From a virus (taxonomy: Duplodnaviria; Caudoviricetes): a stretch of DNA of 56,079 bases. Location: positions 1 to 56,079 of IMG/VR virus record IMGVR_UViG_3300027736_000055. The stretch is one strand, 5' to 3'. The notes beneath the pieces were generated by a model. The model did not search any database. It saw only the letters and a list, made by a program, of their open reading frames with translations, and had not been told where the DNA came from. The stretch's first letter is position 1; every line of letters begins with the position of its first letter. Below, in pieces: positions 7,564 to 17,351 of the stretch. The position numbers and the translations under genes are program-made.

Positions 7564-9571
7564 GATTGATTCTAAAGATTGGTTGATTAACCAGAAACGT
7601 ATACCTCTAGTAGACAGTGCAGAGTATGGAGATTTCTATGATTTCCATGAGGAGATATGTAAGAATGGTTGTATGATGGGAGACACATACATTCCTCCTT
7701 TTCTATATTGGCACCTTAATGTATGGCATACAGAGATAGATATTATAGATGATAGAGGAAGAATATCTCAGAGGTATACAAACCCTTCCTTGCGTGATAA
7801 TGAGTGGGTGGTGGCTAATGAGATAGACAAGGCAGAAAGGGCTCGCAAAGGGCTTGTTATTTTAGGAATCAGACGTTTTGCTAAGAGTGTTATTGAGGCA
7901 TCTTATGTATCACATGGTGCTACATTTGATGAGAACAGCCAAAATATCATTGCTGGCTTGAATGCTCCCGATATAAAACTTATTACAGATAAGATAGATA
8001 AAGGGCTCAACCATTTACCACAAGCCTGGCAGTGGCAAAGGATTGAGGATAATTGGAAGAACCAAGTGACACTGGGAATTAAGACAAGAGATGGTAGACG
8101 TATGCCATTCTCACAGATATTAATACGTAACCTTGATGAAGGTAATAATGAAGAAGCAATTGCTGGTAGTAAGCCTAGAAAGTTAATTATAGATGAGATT
8201 GGTAAAGGAAGTTTCCTTCGTGGTTTACAAGCGGCTATTCCAGGTTTCACTACACCCTTTGGCTGGGGTTGCTCACCGATTCTTACAGGAACTGGTGGGG
8301 ATATGAAGAAGTTTATGGACGCCAAGCTATTAATGTTTGACGTAGAAAACTTCAACTTCATGACCTATAACAATGCAGAAGATGATAAACGTGTACACGG
8401 ACTATTCATCTCTCATAAGTTTAGAATGGAGGCTAAGTATGAAAGTTCACTTGGTGCATATTTAGATAAGCCAGTAAAGAATGATCTTCACAAGCTTAAG
8501 ATGCTTGTAAGTGATGAAGCATTAGCAACAAAGATAACAGAAGATAACCTTAATAGACTTAAAAAGTCAGGAGATAGAGTTGCTTATTTAAAGGAGAAGA
8601 TGTACTATCCACAGAAAGTGGATGATATATTCTTAAATGAAGATAGTAACATATTTGATATAGAGGGAGCAAAACGACAAAAGACCAGACTCCTATCACA
8701 GGAGCGCACTGGTACACCTGTTGTGCTATATGATGATGGCGATGGTATAAAGCATGAGTTTACAGACAAATTGCCCATCACCAACTTCCCTCTAAAGAAC
8801 TCTGATAATAAGGATGCTCCTGTAATTATATATGAGTTTCCTATAGAAGCACCACCTTATGGATTATATGTAGCAGGAGTCGATCCATACCGTCAAGGTA
8901 AAGCTGCATATTCTACATCGTTAGGAGCTGTGTATATTTACAAACGTATGCACTCTATAGCTAGTGAAAAATATCAAGACATGTTTGTAGCTTCATACTG
9001 CGCACGTCCTGATAAGAAAGAAACCTGGGAGGAACAAGCAAGGATGCTCATTAAATATTACAATGCAAGAGCACTTGTAGAGAATGATGAGATATCATTC
9101 ATTGAATACATGAAGTCTAAAGGAGATGCGCATTATTTAGAAAAGCAACCTGATTGGTTAAAAGAAGTGGTGCCAAATACTACCGTTAGACGTGACTACG
9201 GTGTACATAGATCTGCAGGTAAGATTGTAGATTTCTTACATACGTGTCTCAAGACATACTCTGAGGAGCCTATTATTACTGAGAAGGATGACGATGGAAA
9301 GATACTCAGTGAAACAAAAGGTATGGTGAAGATTTTTGATCCTGTACTTCTTGAAGAAATGATTCAGTACAATGAAGAAGGTAACTTTGACCGTATCATT
9401 GCAGCTGAATTAGCAATAGCTCAGGCTATGAAAATGGATCCTATTATGGGAAGAGTGGGAGATAAAGGTGATATACGTATTCAATCGATGCACCTACCTA
9501 AGAAGAAAAATAAATTATTTGTGGGAGGCGGTAGCTTATTCCCAGGACAAAAACATAAACTGTTTACATAA
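7550..9571 (+). CDS. terL: Terminase large subunit
   Basis: Walker A-like GIRRFAKS, Walker B LIIDEIGK, coupling motif TGTGG, nuclease motifs AGVDPY and NFDRI; lies upstream of the portal. Confidence 0.93.
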   Translation: MELLKIDSKDWLINQKRIPLVDSAEYGDFYDFHEEICKNGCMMGDTYIPPFLYWHLNVWHTEIDIIDDRGRISQRYTNPSLRDNEWVVANEIDKAERARKGLVILGIRRFAKSVIEASYVSHGATFDENSQNIIAGLNAPDIKLITDKIDKGLNHLPQAWQWQRIEDNWKNQVTLGIKTRDGRRMPFSQILIRNLDEGNNEEAIAGSKPRKLIIDEIGKGSFLRGLQAAIPGFTTPFGWGCSPILTGTGGDMKKFMDAKLLMFDVENFNFMTYNNAEDDKRVHGLFISHKFRMEAKYESSLGAYLDKPVKNDLHKLKMLVSDEALATKITEDNLNRLKKSGDRVAYLKEKMYYPQKVDDIFLNEDSNIFDIEGAKRQKTRLLSQERTGTPVVLYDDGDGIKHEFTDKLPITNFPLKNSDNKDAPVIIYEFPIEAPPYGLYVAGVDPYRQGKAAYSTSLGAVYIYKRMHSIASEKYQDMFVASYCARPDKKETWEEQARMLIKYYNARALVENDEISFIEYMKSKGDAHYLEKQPDWLKEVVPNTTVRRDYGVHRSAGKIVDFLHTCLKTYSEEPIITEKDDDGKILSETKGMVKIFDPVLLEEMIQYNEEGNFDRIIAAELAIAQAMKMDPIMGRVGDKGDIRIQSMHLPKKKNKLFVGGGSLFPGQKHKLFT

Positions 9572-12153
9572 TGGCAATCATTAGATATACCAAAGATGCA
9601 ACCATCAGGTACGCCTATCTTAATATCTTTCCTGATCAGTTCAAGACTGAAAAAGAGAAGATGGATGAAAGTTGGATCAAGAATACAATGGATTACTTTG
9701 CTAACAAGGCATATGCTGAGTATGTAAAGAATCGAGATACGTTTGTTAAAAACTATGACTTGGTGAAGGGTATACTTCGTATGGAAGACTTCTATCAAGA
9801 GCCAGAGGTAAAAAGTTTTACAGATATGCTTACGGCAGATCTTGGTTTGCCTGGTTATGTAAAACATTATTCTATTCTAACAACTCCTCTTAATGAGCTT
9901 ATTGGAGAGATATCAAAGAGACCTGATTCATTTCGTGTTAAGGCATTTGATGATGATTCTCGTTCTGAGGAGCTTGAATTTAAGACAAGTATTCTTCAAG
10001 AATTTGTTTTAAATGAAGCCAAGCAAAAGATTGCACAAAGTATGTTAATGCAAGGTCAGGAGCCAGATGAGGAAGAAGTGCAAAAAATGGCAATAGAAAA
10101 AGTTAAAGACGAACTTGATAACTATACATCTATAGCTGAGAAGTGGGGAAACCATATTCTTACAGCACTCAAAGCTGAGTTTAATACTAAAGAGAAATCA
10201 GAGGATGCGTTCCGTGATCTTGGTATTACAGCTCGTGAGTTCTATCATATATATGAGGATAACTCTAAAACAGGATTTAATGTTGAGGTGGCCAATCCAA
10301 AGAATACTTGGTTCTTAACTACACCAGATAGAAAATATATCTCTGATCCTACAGGGCGTGCACAAGGAGCATATGCTGCTGGCTTAGTACAAGTGATGGA
10401 GCTATCTGAGATTATTGAAACATTTACATGGCTTGCAAAAGATGAGATTGATCACTTACGTTCATCATTACAAGATTATGGACTTATAAATGTTCGTGAA
10501 TCTAATCTAGGCAATCCTAATGCTGCTGATGGTATTGACTCTGTACAATATGATACATTTGATCCTCTTGTTCTTCAGACACGTATGATCATTGAATCTG
10601 AGATGAAAGAGAATGATGATGGACTAAAAGATTTCTTAGGACTTACATCAAATGTGTCTTCATTTGGATACAAATATGTAGTGGTGAGATCTTACTGGAT
10701 CTCTAAGAAAAAGATAGGTAAGCTTATTTATACAGATGAAATGGGCAATGAGCAATCTACGCTTGTTGATGAAAGCTATAAAAGTGGCACCATACCCACT
10801 CAAATATCATTAGAATGGGGATGGATTAATCAATGGTATCAAGGTGTAAAAATTGGACCAGACATCTATCACATCTCTCCATACAAGTTATTAAACTACT
10901 GCCCTATCATTGGGCTAGTACATGAGATCAAGAATACTGAGGCTAAGAGTATTGTAGATATGATGAAGCCGTTTCAGGTGATATACAATGTTTGTATGAA
11001 CCAATTATATAAGCTTCTTGAGAAAGAAGTAGGTAAGGTTCAGCTTATGTCATTAAGACATATCCCTATTCCTAAAGATGGAGATGCACAAGATGCTCTT
11101 GATATATGGGAAATGGAAGCACGTAATAGAGGAGTGGTATTTATTGACGACTCTCCTGAGAACTTAAAAGCTCCAAGTTCATTCAATCAATTTACAAGTT
11201 TAGACCTTACACGTACGCAGGAGATTCAATCTCGTTACACTCTAGCTCAACAAATGAAGAACGAGTGTTGGGAGCTTATTGGTATGTCTAAGCAACGTTT
11301 AGGTAACGTGTCAGCTTCTGAGACTGCTACAGGTACAAACAACGCTGTAACACAAAGCTACACACAAACAGAGTCATTATTTGTAGCACACGAATATGTA
11401 TTAGGACAGCTGTATCAGTCAATGATTGATGCAGCATTATATACAGAAAGTCAGAAACCAGAATCTACCATTTCTTACATTACGTCTGAAGGAGAGAATG
11501 CGTTTGTTCAAGTGAATGGATCTGAACTTAAGTTCCGTGATCTTAAGGTGTTCTTAACTAATCGTCCAGAAGATAAACAAATGTTCCAAGAGCTTAGAGC
11601 ATTATCTCAAGCAGTTCTTCAGAATGGTGGAAGCTTACATGACATCATTGAATTGTATAGCACTAACTCTGTACGTCAGATGAAGAAAGTGTTTAAGACT
11701 CTTAAAGAAAGACAAGAGCAGTTACAGGATCAACAAGCAAAACAACAACAACAACAGATAGATCAACAACAGCAACAAGCACAAGCTGCCTTACAACAAA
11801 CTTCTCAATTACAAGAAGAGAAAATTGCACATGATGATTATCAAGCAGAACTAGATAGAATCAACAAGGTACAGATAGCAATGATTGCTGCTGAATCTAA
11901 AGCAGGGCCATTATCAGATGTTGATACATCTGGCACTGCAGATGTTCTTGAGATGACTAAACTTACTGCTGATCAGTCTAATGCTGCTAAAGATTATCAA
12001 ACTAGATTAAGAGAGATCCAAAATGAGAGTCAAATGAGCAGAGAAAAACTAGCTGTAGAGAATAGAAAGATTGACGTTGACCTTAAAAATCAAGACAACG
12101 ATCTTAAGATAGCTAAGATAAATGCAAGCAATAGAGGGTCAAAAAGTAAGTAG
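9571..12153 (+). CDS. Portal protein
   Basis: 860 aa directly after terL; contains MKPFQVIYN, LIGMSKQRLG and a Gln-rich coiled-coil C-terminus; crAss-like synteny. Confidence 0.88.
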   Translation: MAIIRYTKDATIRYAYLNIFPDQFKTEKEKMDESWIKNTMDYFANKAYAEYVKNRDTFVKNYDLVKGILRMEDFYQEPEVKSFTDMLTADLGLPGYVKHYSILTTPLNELIGEISKRPDSFRVKAFDDDSRSEELEFKTSILQEFVLNEAKQKIAQSMLMQGQEPDEEEVQKMAIEKVKDELDNYTSIAEKWGNHILTALKAEFNTKEKSEDAFRDLGITAREFYHIYEDNSKTGFNVEVANPKNTWFLTTPDRKYISDPTGRAQGAYAAGLVQVMELSEIIETFTWLAKDEIDHLRSSLQDYGLINVRESNLGNPNAADGIDSVQYDTFDPLVLQTRMIIESEMKENDDGLKDFLGLTSNVSSFGYKYVVVRSYWISKKKIGKLIYTDEMGNEQSTLVDESYKSGTIPTQISLEWGWINQWYQGVKIGPDIYHISPYKLLNYCPIIGLVHEIKNTEAKSIVDMMKPFQVIYNVCMNQLYKLLEKEVGKVQLMSLRHIPIPKDGDAQDALDIWEMEARNRGVVFIDDSPENLKAPSSFNQFTSLDLTRTQEIQSRYTLAQQMKNECWELIGMSKQRLGNVSASETATGTNNAVTQSYTQTESLFVAHEYVLGQLYQSMIDAALYTESQKPESTISYITSEGENAFVQVNGSELKFRDLKVFLTNRPEDKQMFQELRALSQAVLQNGGSLHDIIELYSTNSVRQMKKVFKTLKERQEQLQDQQAKQQQQQIDQQQQQAQAALQQTSQLQEEKIAHDDYQAELDRINKVQIAMIAAESKAGPLSDVDTSGTADVLEMTKLTADQSNAAKDYQTRLREIQNESQMSREKLAVENRKIDVDLKNQDNDLKIAKINASNRGSKSK

Positions 12154-12240
12154 TTCTAATCATTTTGGTTAGAACAAAAACTATTAATGCTATATTATCT
12201 AAAATATTTAGCGTTTTTGACCTTTTCCTATTTGTTATTA

Positions 12241-12271
12241 ACTTATAGTGATTTAGTTTTATATCGAAAAA
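12241..12271 (+). promoter_or_regulatory. Putative -33/-7 promoter for the capsid genes
   Basis: TTTG (12241-12244), 19-nt spacer, TAGTTTTA (12264-12271); one mismatch to TAnnTTTG. Confidence 0.5.
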
Positions 12272-12295
12272 CCAATTAAAAAATCCCAACTACGT

Positions 12296-13543
12296 ATGGC
12301 CAATGATTTAGAAACCCCAGATTTTGGGAATTTCAGCATTCAGAGCACCATGGAAGGTGTAGGTAATGCAGAGCTATTAAATGATTTAATGGCTCCAGAA
12401 ACATCTACAGGCAATCCTGATGATATTCAAGATATAAATGCTCCTGAAGTTCCTAAAAAGAAAGCTGCAGTGAAAGCTCTAGCATCTGATGAAGAAGAAA
12501 ATAAGAAAGACGATGACGCTCCTAAACAGGATATCACTGATTTCTTATACGGTACAGATGATGATGAAGAAGAAGATGAAGATGGAACACCAGCTAAACC
12601 TGTTGCAAAAGCTACTGATACTACATCTGATGAAGACGAGGATGATGAAGATGGAGCTAATCCATTTACAGCATTTGCTAGAGACTTATTCAAGTTAGGT
12701 GGTTTCACTGCAGACGAAGATGAAGAAGAAGCACCAATTAATACAGCAGAAGAATTTTTAGATAGATTCAATGCTGAGAAAAAGAAAGGAGCTATTACAA
12801 TTGTTAATGAATTCATCGGACAGTTTGGTGAAGATTACCAGGATGCATTCCAGGCAATCTTTGTTAAAGGTGTTAACCCTAGAGATTATTATGGCACATA
12901 CAACGCTATTGAGAACTATGCAGAAATGGACTTGTCCAATGAAGCAAATCAAGTAGCGGTTATTAGACAAGCTTTAACTGATCAAGAATTTGATCAAGAA
13001 GATATTGAAACGGAGATTGAAAAACTTCGTAATTATGGTGACCTAGAAAGTACAGCAACTAGACATCATAAAGTGTTAGTAAAGAAAGAAGCTACAAAGC
13101 TTCAAAAATTGGAGCAAGAGAAAGAGACCCAATTAAAACAACAAGCTGCTTACAAGCAACAGTACGCACAGAACGTGGGTGCTATTTTGCAAGATAAGGT
13201 GAAAGCAAAGGAGTTTGATGGTATTCCTCTTAATCCAAAATTGGCTGGCGAACTACAAGATTTTTTGGTTACAGATAGATACAAAACAGGATCTGGCGAA
13301 ATGCTTACAGAATTTGATCGTACTATCTTGGAACTGAAGAGACCCGAGAATCATGAGATGAAGGTTAAAGTGGCACTACTTTTAAAAATCCTAGAAAAGG
13401 ATCCTACGTTATCAACAATTCAAAAGGCAGGTGTAACCAAAAAAACAGATACTCTGTTTGGAGAAGTTACACGACAATCTTCTAAGTCAGCCGTAAAATC
13501 TAGTAAAGGTTCTTCCAAGCCTACCTCATGGTGGAGTAATTAA
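12296..13543 (+). CDS. Scaffold-like head assembly protein
   Basis: Very acidic, low-complexity N-half and helical C-half; lies between portal and capsid genes as in crAss-like phages. Confidence 0.65.
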   Translation: MANDLETPDFGNFSIQSTMEGVGNAELLNDLMAPETSTGNPDDIQDINAPEVPKKKAAVKALASDEEENKKDDDAPKQDITDFLYGTDDDEEEDEDGTPAKPVAKATDTTSDEDEDDEDGANPFTAFARDLFKLGGFTADEDEEEAPINTAEEFLDRFNAEKKKGAITIVNEFIGQFGEDYQDAFQAIFVKGVNPRDYYGTYNAIENYAEMDLSNEANQVAVIRQALTDQEFDQEDIETEIEKLRNYGDLESTATRHHKVLVKKEATKLQKLEQEKETQLKQQAAYKQQYAQNVGAILQDKVKAKEFDGIPLNPKLAGELQDFLVTDRYKTGSGEMLTEFDRTILELKRPENHEMKVKVALLLKILEKDPTLSTIQKAGVTKKTDTLFGEVTRQSSKSAVKSSKGSSKPTSWWSN

Positions 13544-13570
13544 ATAATAATAAATTAAACTTAAAAAAAA

Positions 13571-15124
13571 ATGGCAATTCAAACAATCCCAGGTTTAACT
13601 GGATTTACCTACGCTCGCGTTGCGTCTATGGACAAACGTGCAGTTGGTAAGTTAACAGACTCTAACCACTTGGAAAGCTTTCACTCGACTGAGCCAGCAG
13701 ACTATGATAAGAAAATTATCAGTTTGTACACTCAGAGCTCATTGTACAGCAACGACTTCTTGGACATGATCAACAAGTCAACTCCGTTCTACATTGATAA
13801 TAATAGTGATGCTTGGAAGTGGCAGGTAGCTGTACCTTACAAATTCCCTAAAATTATTGACATCCCTACTACTACCTTAGAATTATCTAAGCCAGGTATT
13901 GATGGACAAGAGTTCTCGTTAATCTTAGATACTAATGAATTCTCTAAGAACTCCATCATCTCTGTAGGTTCTCGTCAATACGGTCCTCGTTTCTACGTTA
14001 TCAAAGATCCACAGCCTTGGAACATGGGTTACTTGTACTCATTTACTTTAGTTACTGACAATCCAACTGTAGATTACGTATCCGCTACGTTCTTACAAAC
14101 TGGTATTGAGTTAGAATTAGTAGATGCTGCTATTGGTGAATTCGATCAAGACTTATTAGGATTACCACGTTTGGGTGAGCAAATCACAATGTTTGAATCA
14201 TTAGGTTCTGCATATGGTTATGAGCACAAAATTACTGAATGGGCTGATGATAAGATGTTAGTTAATGCTAATGGCTCACCTTTAGATATTTTAGTATATG
14301 CTCCACAAAGACGTAACCAATTACCTTTAACTCGTAATGATGTTAAGTGGGAACCGTTTATTGAATTCTGGATGCGTAAGTCTATGTTAGAACTTAAGGT
14401 TAAGCGTATGATCTGGGCTAAGCCTGGTAGCGTTAAGTCTGGTGGATCTAAGCAAGAGTTAAAGCGTACATCTGCTGGTGTTTATCACAGAATGCGTAAC
14501 AATGGTAACTTAGTTCAATACAACCGTGGAGAATTCACTGCTAACTTGATTCGTTCGGTATTTGGTGATTTATTCTATCGTCGTGTGGATGTTAAAGACC
14601 GTAAGGTTAAAATGTACACTAACGAAGCTGGGTTTGACGTGTTCCAACAAGCTTTGAAAAACGATGCTTTGAATTCAGGTTTGACTTTCATGGCTGATTC
14701 AGGTAATCGTTACATGCAAGGAGAAGGACAACACATCACTTACAACTTTGCATTCGATGCAATGGTTACTCGTGAGACTGGTCGTGTTGAGTTAATTCAC
14801 TTAAAAGAATTAGACCTTCCTCAATCTAACTTAGAATTTGGACAAAACAAGAAGTCTACTCCAGTATTTATGGTGTTTGACGTTTCTCCAATGTCTGATG
14901 GATCTATGGTAAATAACATTCGTGAAGTACGTATGAAGGGAGCTCCTTCTATGACTTGGGGTTATATCGATGGTACTCGTCATCACTTAGGATTTGCAAA
15001 ATCTCAAGGTATGTCAAGTGCTAACAAATTCCCAGGATACGAAATCTGGATGAAGGATCGTTGTGATGTATTTATCGAAGACTTGTCTCGTACAGTCTTA
15101 ATCGAAGAAATCCCTCAGTTCTAA
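13571..15124 (+). CDS. Major capsid protein
   Basis: 517 aa in the expected position; codon bias typical of high expression (CGT, TTC, AAC, GGT). Confidence 0.88.
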   Translation: MAIQTIPGLTGFTYARVASMDKRAVGKLTDSNHLESFHSTEPADYDKKIISLYTQSSLYSNDFLDMINKSTPFYIDNNSDAWKWQVAVPYKFPKIIDIPTTTLELSKPGIDGQEFSLILDTNEFSKNSIISVGSRQYGPRFYVIKDPQPWNMGYLYSFTLVTDNPTVDYVSATFLQTGIELELVDAAIGEFDQDLLGLPRLGEQITMFESLGSAYGYEHKITEWADDKMLVNANGSPLDILVYAPQRRNQLPLTRNDVKWEPFIEFWMRKSMLELKVKRMIWAKPGSVKSGGSKQELKRTSAGVYHRMRNNGNLVQYNRGEFTANLIRSVFGDLFYRRVDVKDRKVKMYTNEAGFDVFQQALKNDALNSGLTFMADSGNRYMQGEGQHITYNFAFDAMVTRETGRVELIHLKELDLPQSNLEFGQNKKSTPVFMVFDVSPMSDGSMVNNIREVRMKGAPSMTWGYIDGTRHHLGFAKSQGMSSANKFPGYEIWMKDRCDVFIEDLSRTVLIEEIPQF

Positions 15125-15130
15125 TATATT

Positions 15131-15277
15131 GCGAGCCTAGTGCTCGTCTCCAGCAATCGCTGGCTTTGATCAAGAAGTCTCCCACAACTCCTCCCCTCCG
15201 TGTGGGAGCTTCTTGAATTTCAGGGTGAAAGGATTGGGTTTCCTAGTCGCTAGGTCTTTCGTTAGACGTCACCCACA
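15131..15277 (+). ncRNA. Putative structured RNA element after the capsid gene
   Basis: GC-rich island with four consecutive stems, including the 16-bp bulged stem 15170-15216. Confidence 0.55.
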
Positions 15278-15303
15278 AAACCAATTATTAAATAAAACTA
15301 CAT

Positions 15304-15600
15304 ATGGGTAAGTGGAATACTTATGATATACAAAAGAAAAGTAGAGATAAATCTATTGTTCGTAATAAACTATATGTAAAAAATTATTTAGAAAATAAAG
15401 CTTGCATTGATTGTGGAAACTCAGATATTAGAGTTTTAGAATTTGATCATGCGAGAGGAGTTAAATTATATCACGTATCTTATATGATTCAAAAAGCATA
15501 TAAGCTTGATCTTATTAAAGATGAAATAGAAAAATGTGATATAAGATGTTGTAACTGTCACAGAATAGTTACACAAGAACGAAGAATTATTAATAGTTAA
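15304..15600 (+). CDS. Free-standing HNH endonuclease
   Basis: CIDCG...LEFDH...CCNCHR motifs; visibly more AT-rich than the flanking genes. Confidence 0.85.
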   Translation: MGKWNTYDIQKKSRDKSIVRNKLYVKNYLENKACIDCGNSDIRVLEFDHARGVKLYHVSYMIQKAYKLDLIKDEIEKCDIRCCNCHRIVTQERRIINS

Positions 15601-15628
15601 AACCAACAATAAATTAAAACTACATATC

Positions 15629-16597
15629 ATGGGTAAAATAGGTAAAATCTCTACTATTAAAAGAGAGTTCAATGACTCTTTAATTCAAACAATGCAGAGC
15701 GAGCTCTCTAAAAGAGGCATGTCACGTATTCCAGGAACTGGTGTATTCAAGTATCCTTACAAGGAACTTGGTGGTAAATACCGAACAGGATTAGATCCAG
15801 ATGCTGCTTACATTAAGCGTATTCTTGATACTACAGGAAGAGAACTTGAAATCGAACGTGTAACTAAGCTTCGTGAGAAGTTAGAAGCAGAGTTAGGTGG
15901 TATTAACTTAGGACCAAATGCACCATTTTGGAATGCAGGTTTATCTACTGGTTCAGAAGATAACACTCACGTTCAACCAGTTAAGTTGATGGATGGAGAT
16001 AACTATTTTGACTTCACTAATCCTTTTAAAGAGTTAGAGTTTGCATGGTTAAGAGTTCATCCAACTATTGCTTCTAGTTATGAATCATGGGTTAGAGGTG
16101 ACTTTCCTGCAGAGACACAGTTCTACGTTGTAGACGATGAGATTGAAAGTGCTATTGTTTACAAGAAGAAACAAGTAATCAATAAAGCAATCATCAAGTT
16201 TGATGCAATGAGTATTGAGAAGAAACGTAAAGTAGCAAGATTACTAGGCTTACCTATTAGCGATGAAACTAAAGAAGAAGTAGTCTACAACTTAGTAGAT
16301 AACATGTTAAAACAATCGGAGTTTAAAGAAGGTCAATACCAAGGTTTATCTCCAGTTGAAGTCTTTACAAGATTTGCAGATATGAAAGATGACTTGTTAG
16401 CTGTAAAAGATTTAGTGAAACAAGCATTAACACATTCAGTTTACCGTAAGAAACCTAATGGTAGAATCTACATGGGAGAACTTGAAGTGGCAATAGATGA
16501 AGAAGAATTAGTTAAGTTCTTATCAAATGAAGATAATCAAGACGAGTTACTAATTCTAGAACAAAAAATAAAAGGTAAAAAACTCGCAGCAGTATGA
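15629..16597 (+). CDS. Conserved post-capsid protein (crAss gene 75-like)
   Basis: 322 aa in the syntenic position after the capsid gene. Confidence 0.6.
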   Translation: MGKIGKISTIKREFNDSLIQTMQSELSKRGMSRIPGTGVFKYPYKELGGKYRTGLDPDAAYIKRILDTTGRELEIERVTKLREKLEAELGGINLGPNAPFWNAGLSTGSEDNTHVQPVKLMDGDNYFDFTNPFKELEFAWLRVHPTIASSYESWVRGDFPAETQFYVVDDEIESAIVYKKKQVINKAIIKFDAMSIEKKRKVARLLGLPISDETKEEVVYNLVDNMLKQSEFKEGQYQGLSPVEVFTRFADMKDDLLAVKDLVKQALTHSVYRKKPNGRIYMGELEVAIDEEELVKFLSNEDNQDELLILEQKIKGKKLAAV

Positions 16598-17325
16598 TCG
16601 CAGTAGATAGTTTATTATATAAGATCGACCAAAGACTAAATAAACTGTCTACAAATGACCATCAGCAGATTGCGTTAGAAGATAAGATCCTTGCTTTAAA
16701 TGAGGCACAGATCAAGTTACTCAAGCAGAAAGTAGACGGATTTAGTACAGTCTCTGGTATGGGTATGGACGCCTTTAAAAAGCGTTATGAAGATTTGCAA
16801 AGCTTAGTGGTGAACTACCAGGATGGTAAGTTGCCACTAACTTTGAAGAACGTTGAGTTAAATCAATGGACTGCTTATATTCATAATCTTTTTCCAAAGT
16901 ATATGTTCTATGTAGATAGTTATGTACTAGCAGATAAAGGTCCTTGTATTGATAGAAAGATCTGGATTAACAAAGATCTTGCTAAACATGGTGATCTATC
17001 GTTGTTGTTAAACAACACTCATTACAGACCATCTTTTGAGTATCAAGAAACATTTAACTTTATATCTTCAGATGAGATAAGTATTTTCACTGATGGAACT
17101 TTTACTCCTACAGATATTTACATAATGTATTTTAGATATCCTATATATATTGATAAGGCAGGATACATAAGATTTGACGGAACACCTTCTGCAGATTGTA
17201 ATTGTGAACTAGAGCCATATTTAGAAGATGAGCTTTTAGATTTAACTGTAGAGAACTTAGCAATGTACACAGAGAACCAATCTGCGGCTCAAAGTGCAGC
17301 ATATAGAATTAAAACAAATGAGTAA
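16594..17325 (+). CDS. Tail ring / head-tail connector protein
   Basis: 243 aa with LNEAQ, YFRYP and CELEPYLEDELLDLTVE motifs resembling crAss ring proteins; synteny. Confidence 0.65.
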   Translation: MIAVDSLLYKIDQRLNKLSTNDHQQIALEDKILALNEAQIKLLKQKVDGFSTVSGMGMDAFKKRYEDLQSLVVNYQDGKLPLTLKNVELNQWTAYIHNLFPKYMFYVDSYVLADKGPCIDRKIWINKDLAKHGDLSLLLNNTHYRPSFEYQETFNFISSDEISIFTDGTFTPTDIYIMYFRYPIYIDKAGYIRFDGTPSADCNCELEPYLEDELLDLTVENLAMYTENQSAAQSAAYRIKTNE

Positions 17326-17351
17326 ATTTTTAACAATAAATAAATATACAA

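Noticed and set aside
11710-11815. CAA-rich tract in the portal gene as a separate repeat element
   Set aside because: It encodes the Gln-rich coiled coil expected near the portal C-terminus.
7550-15124. Inteins or introns in terminase, portal or capsid genes, which are common in some crAss-like phages
   Set aside because: The ORFs are continuous and of ordinary length, and I saw no splicing motifs.
15223-15277. Canonical tRNA gene
   Set aside because: It is only ~55 nt and lacks a full cloverleaf; kept only as a tRNA-like subdomain of the structured element.
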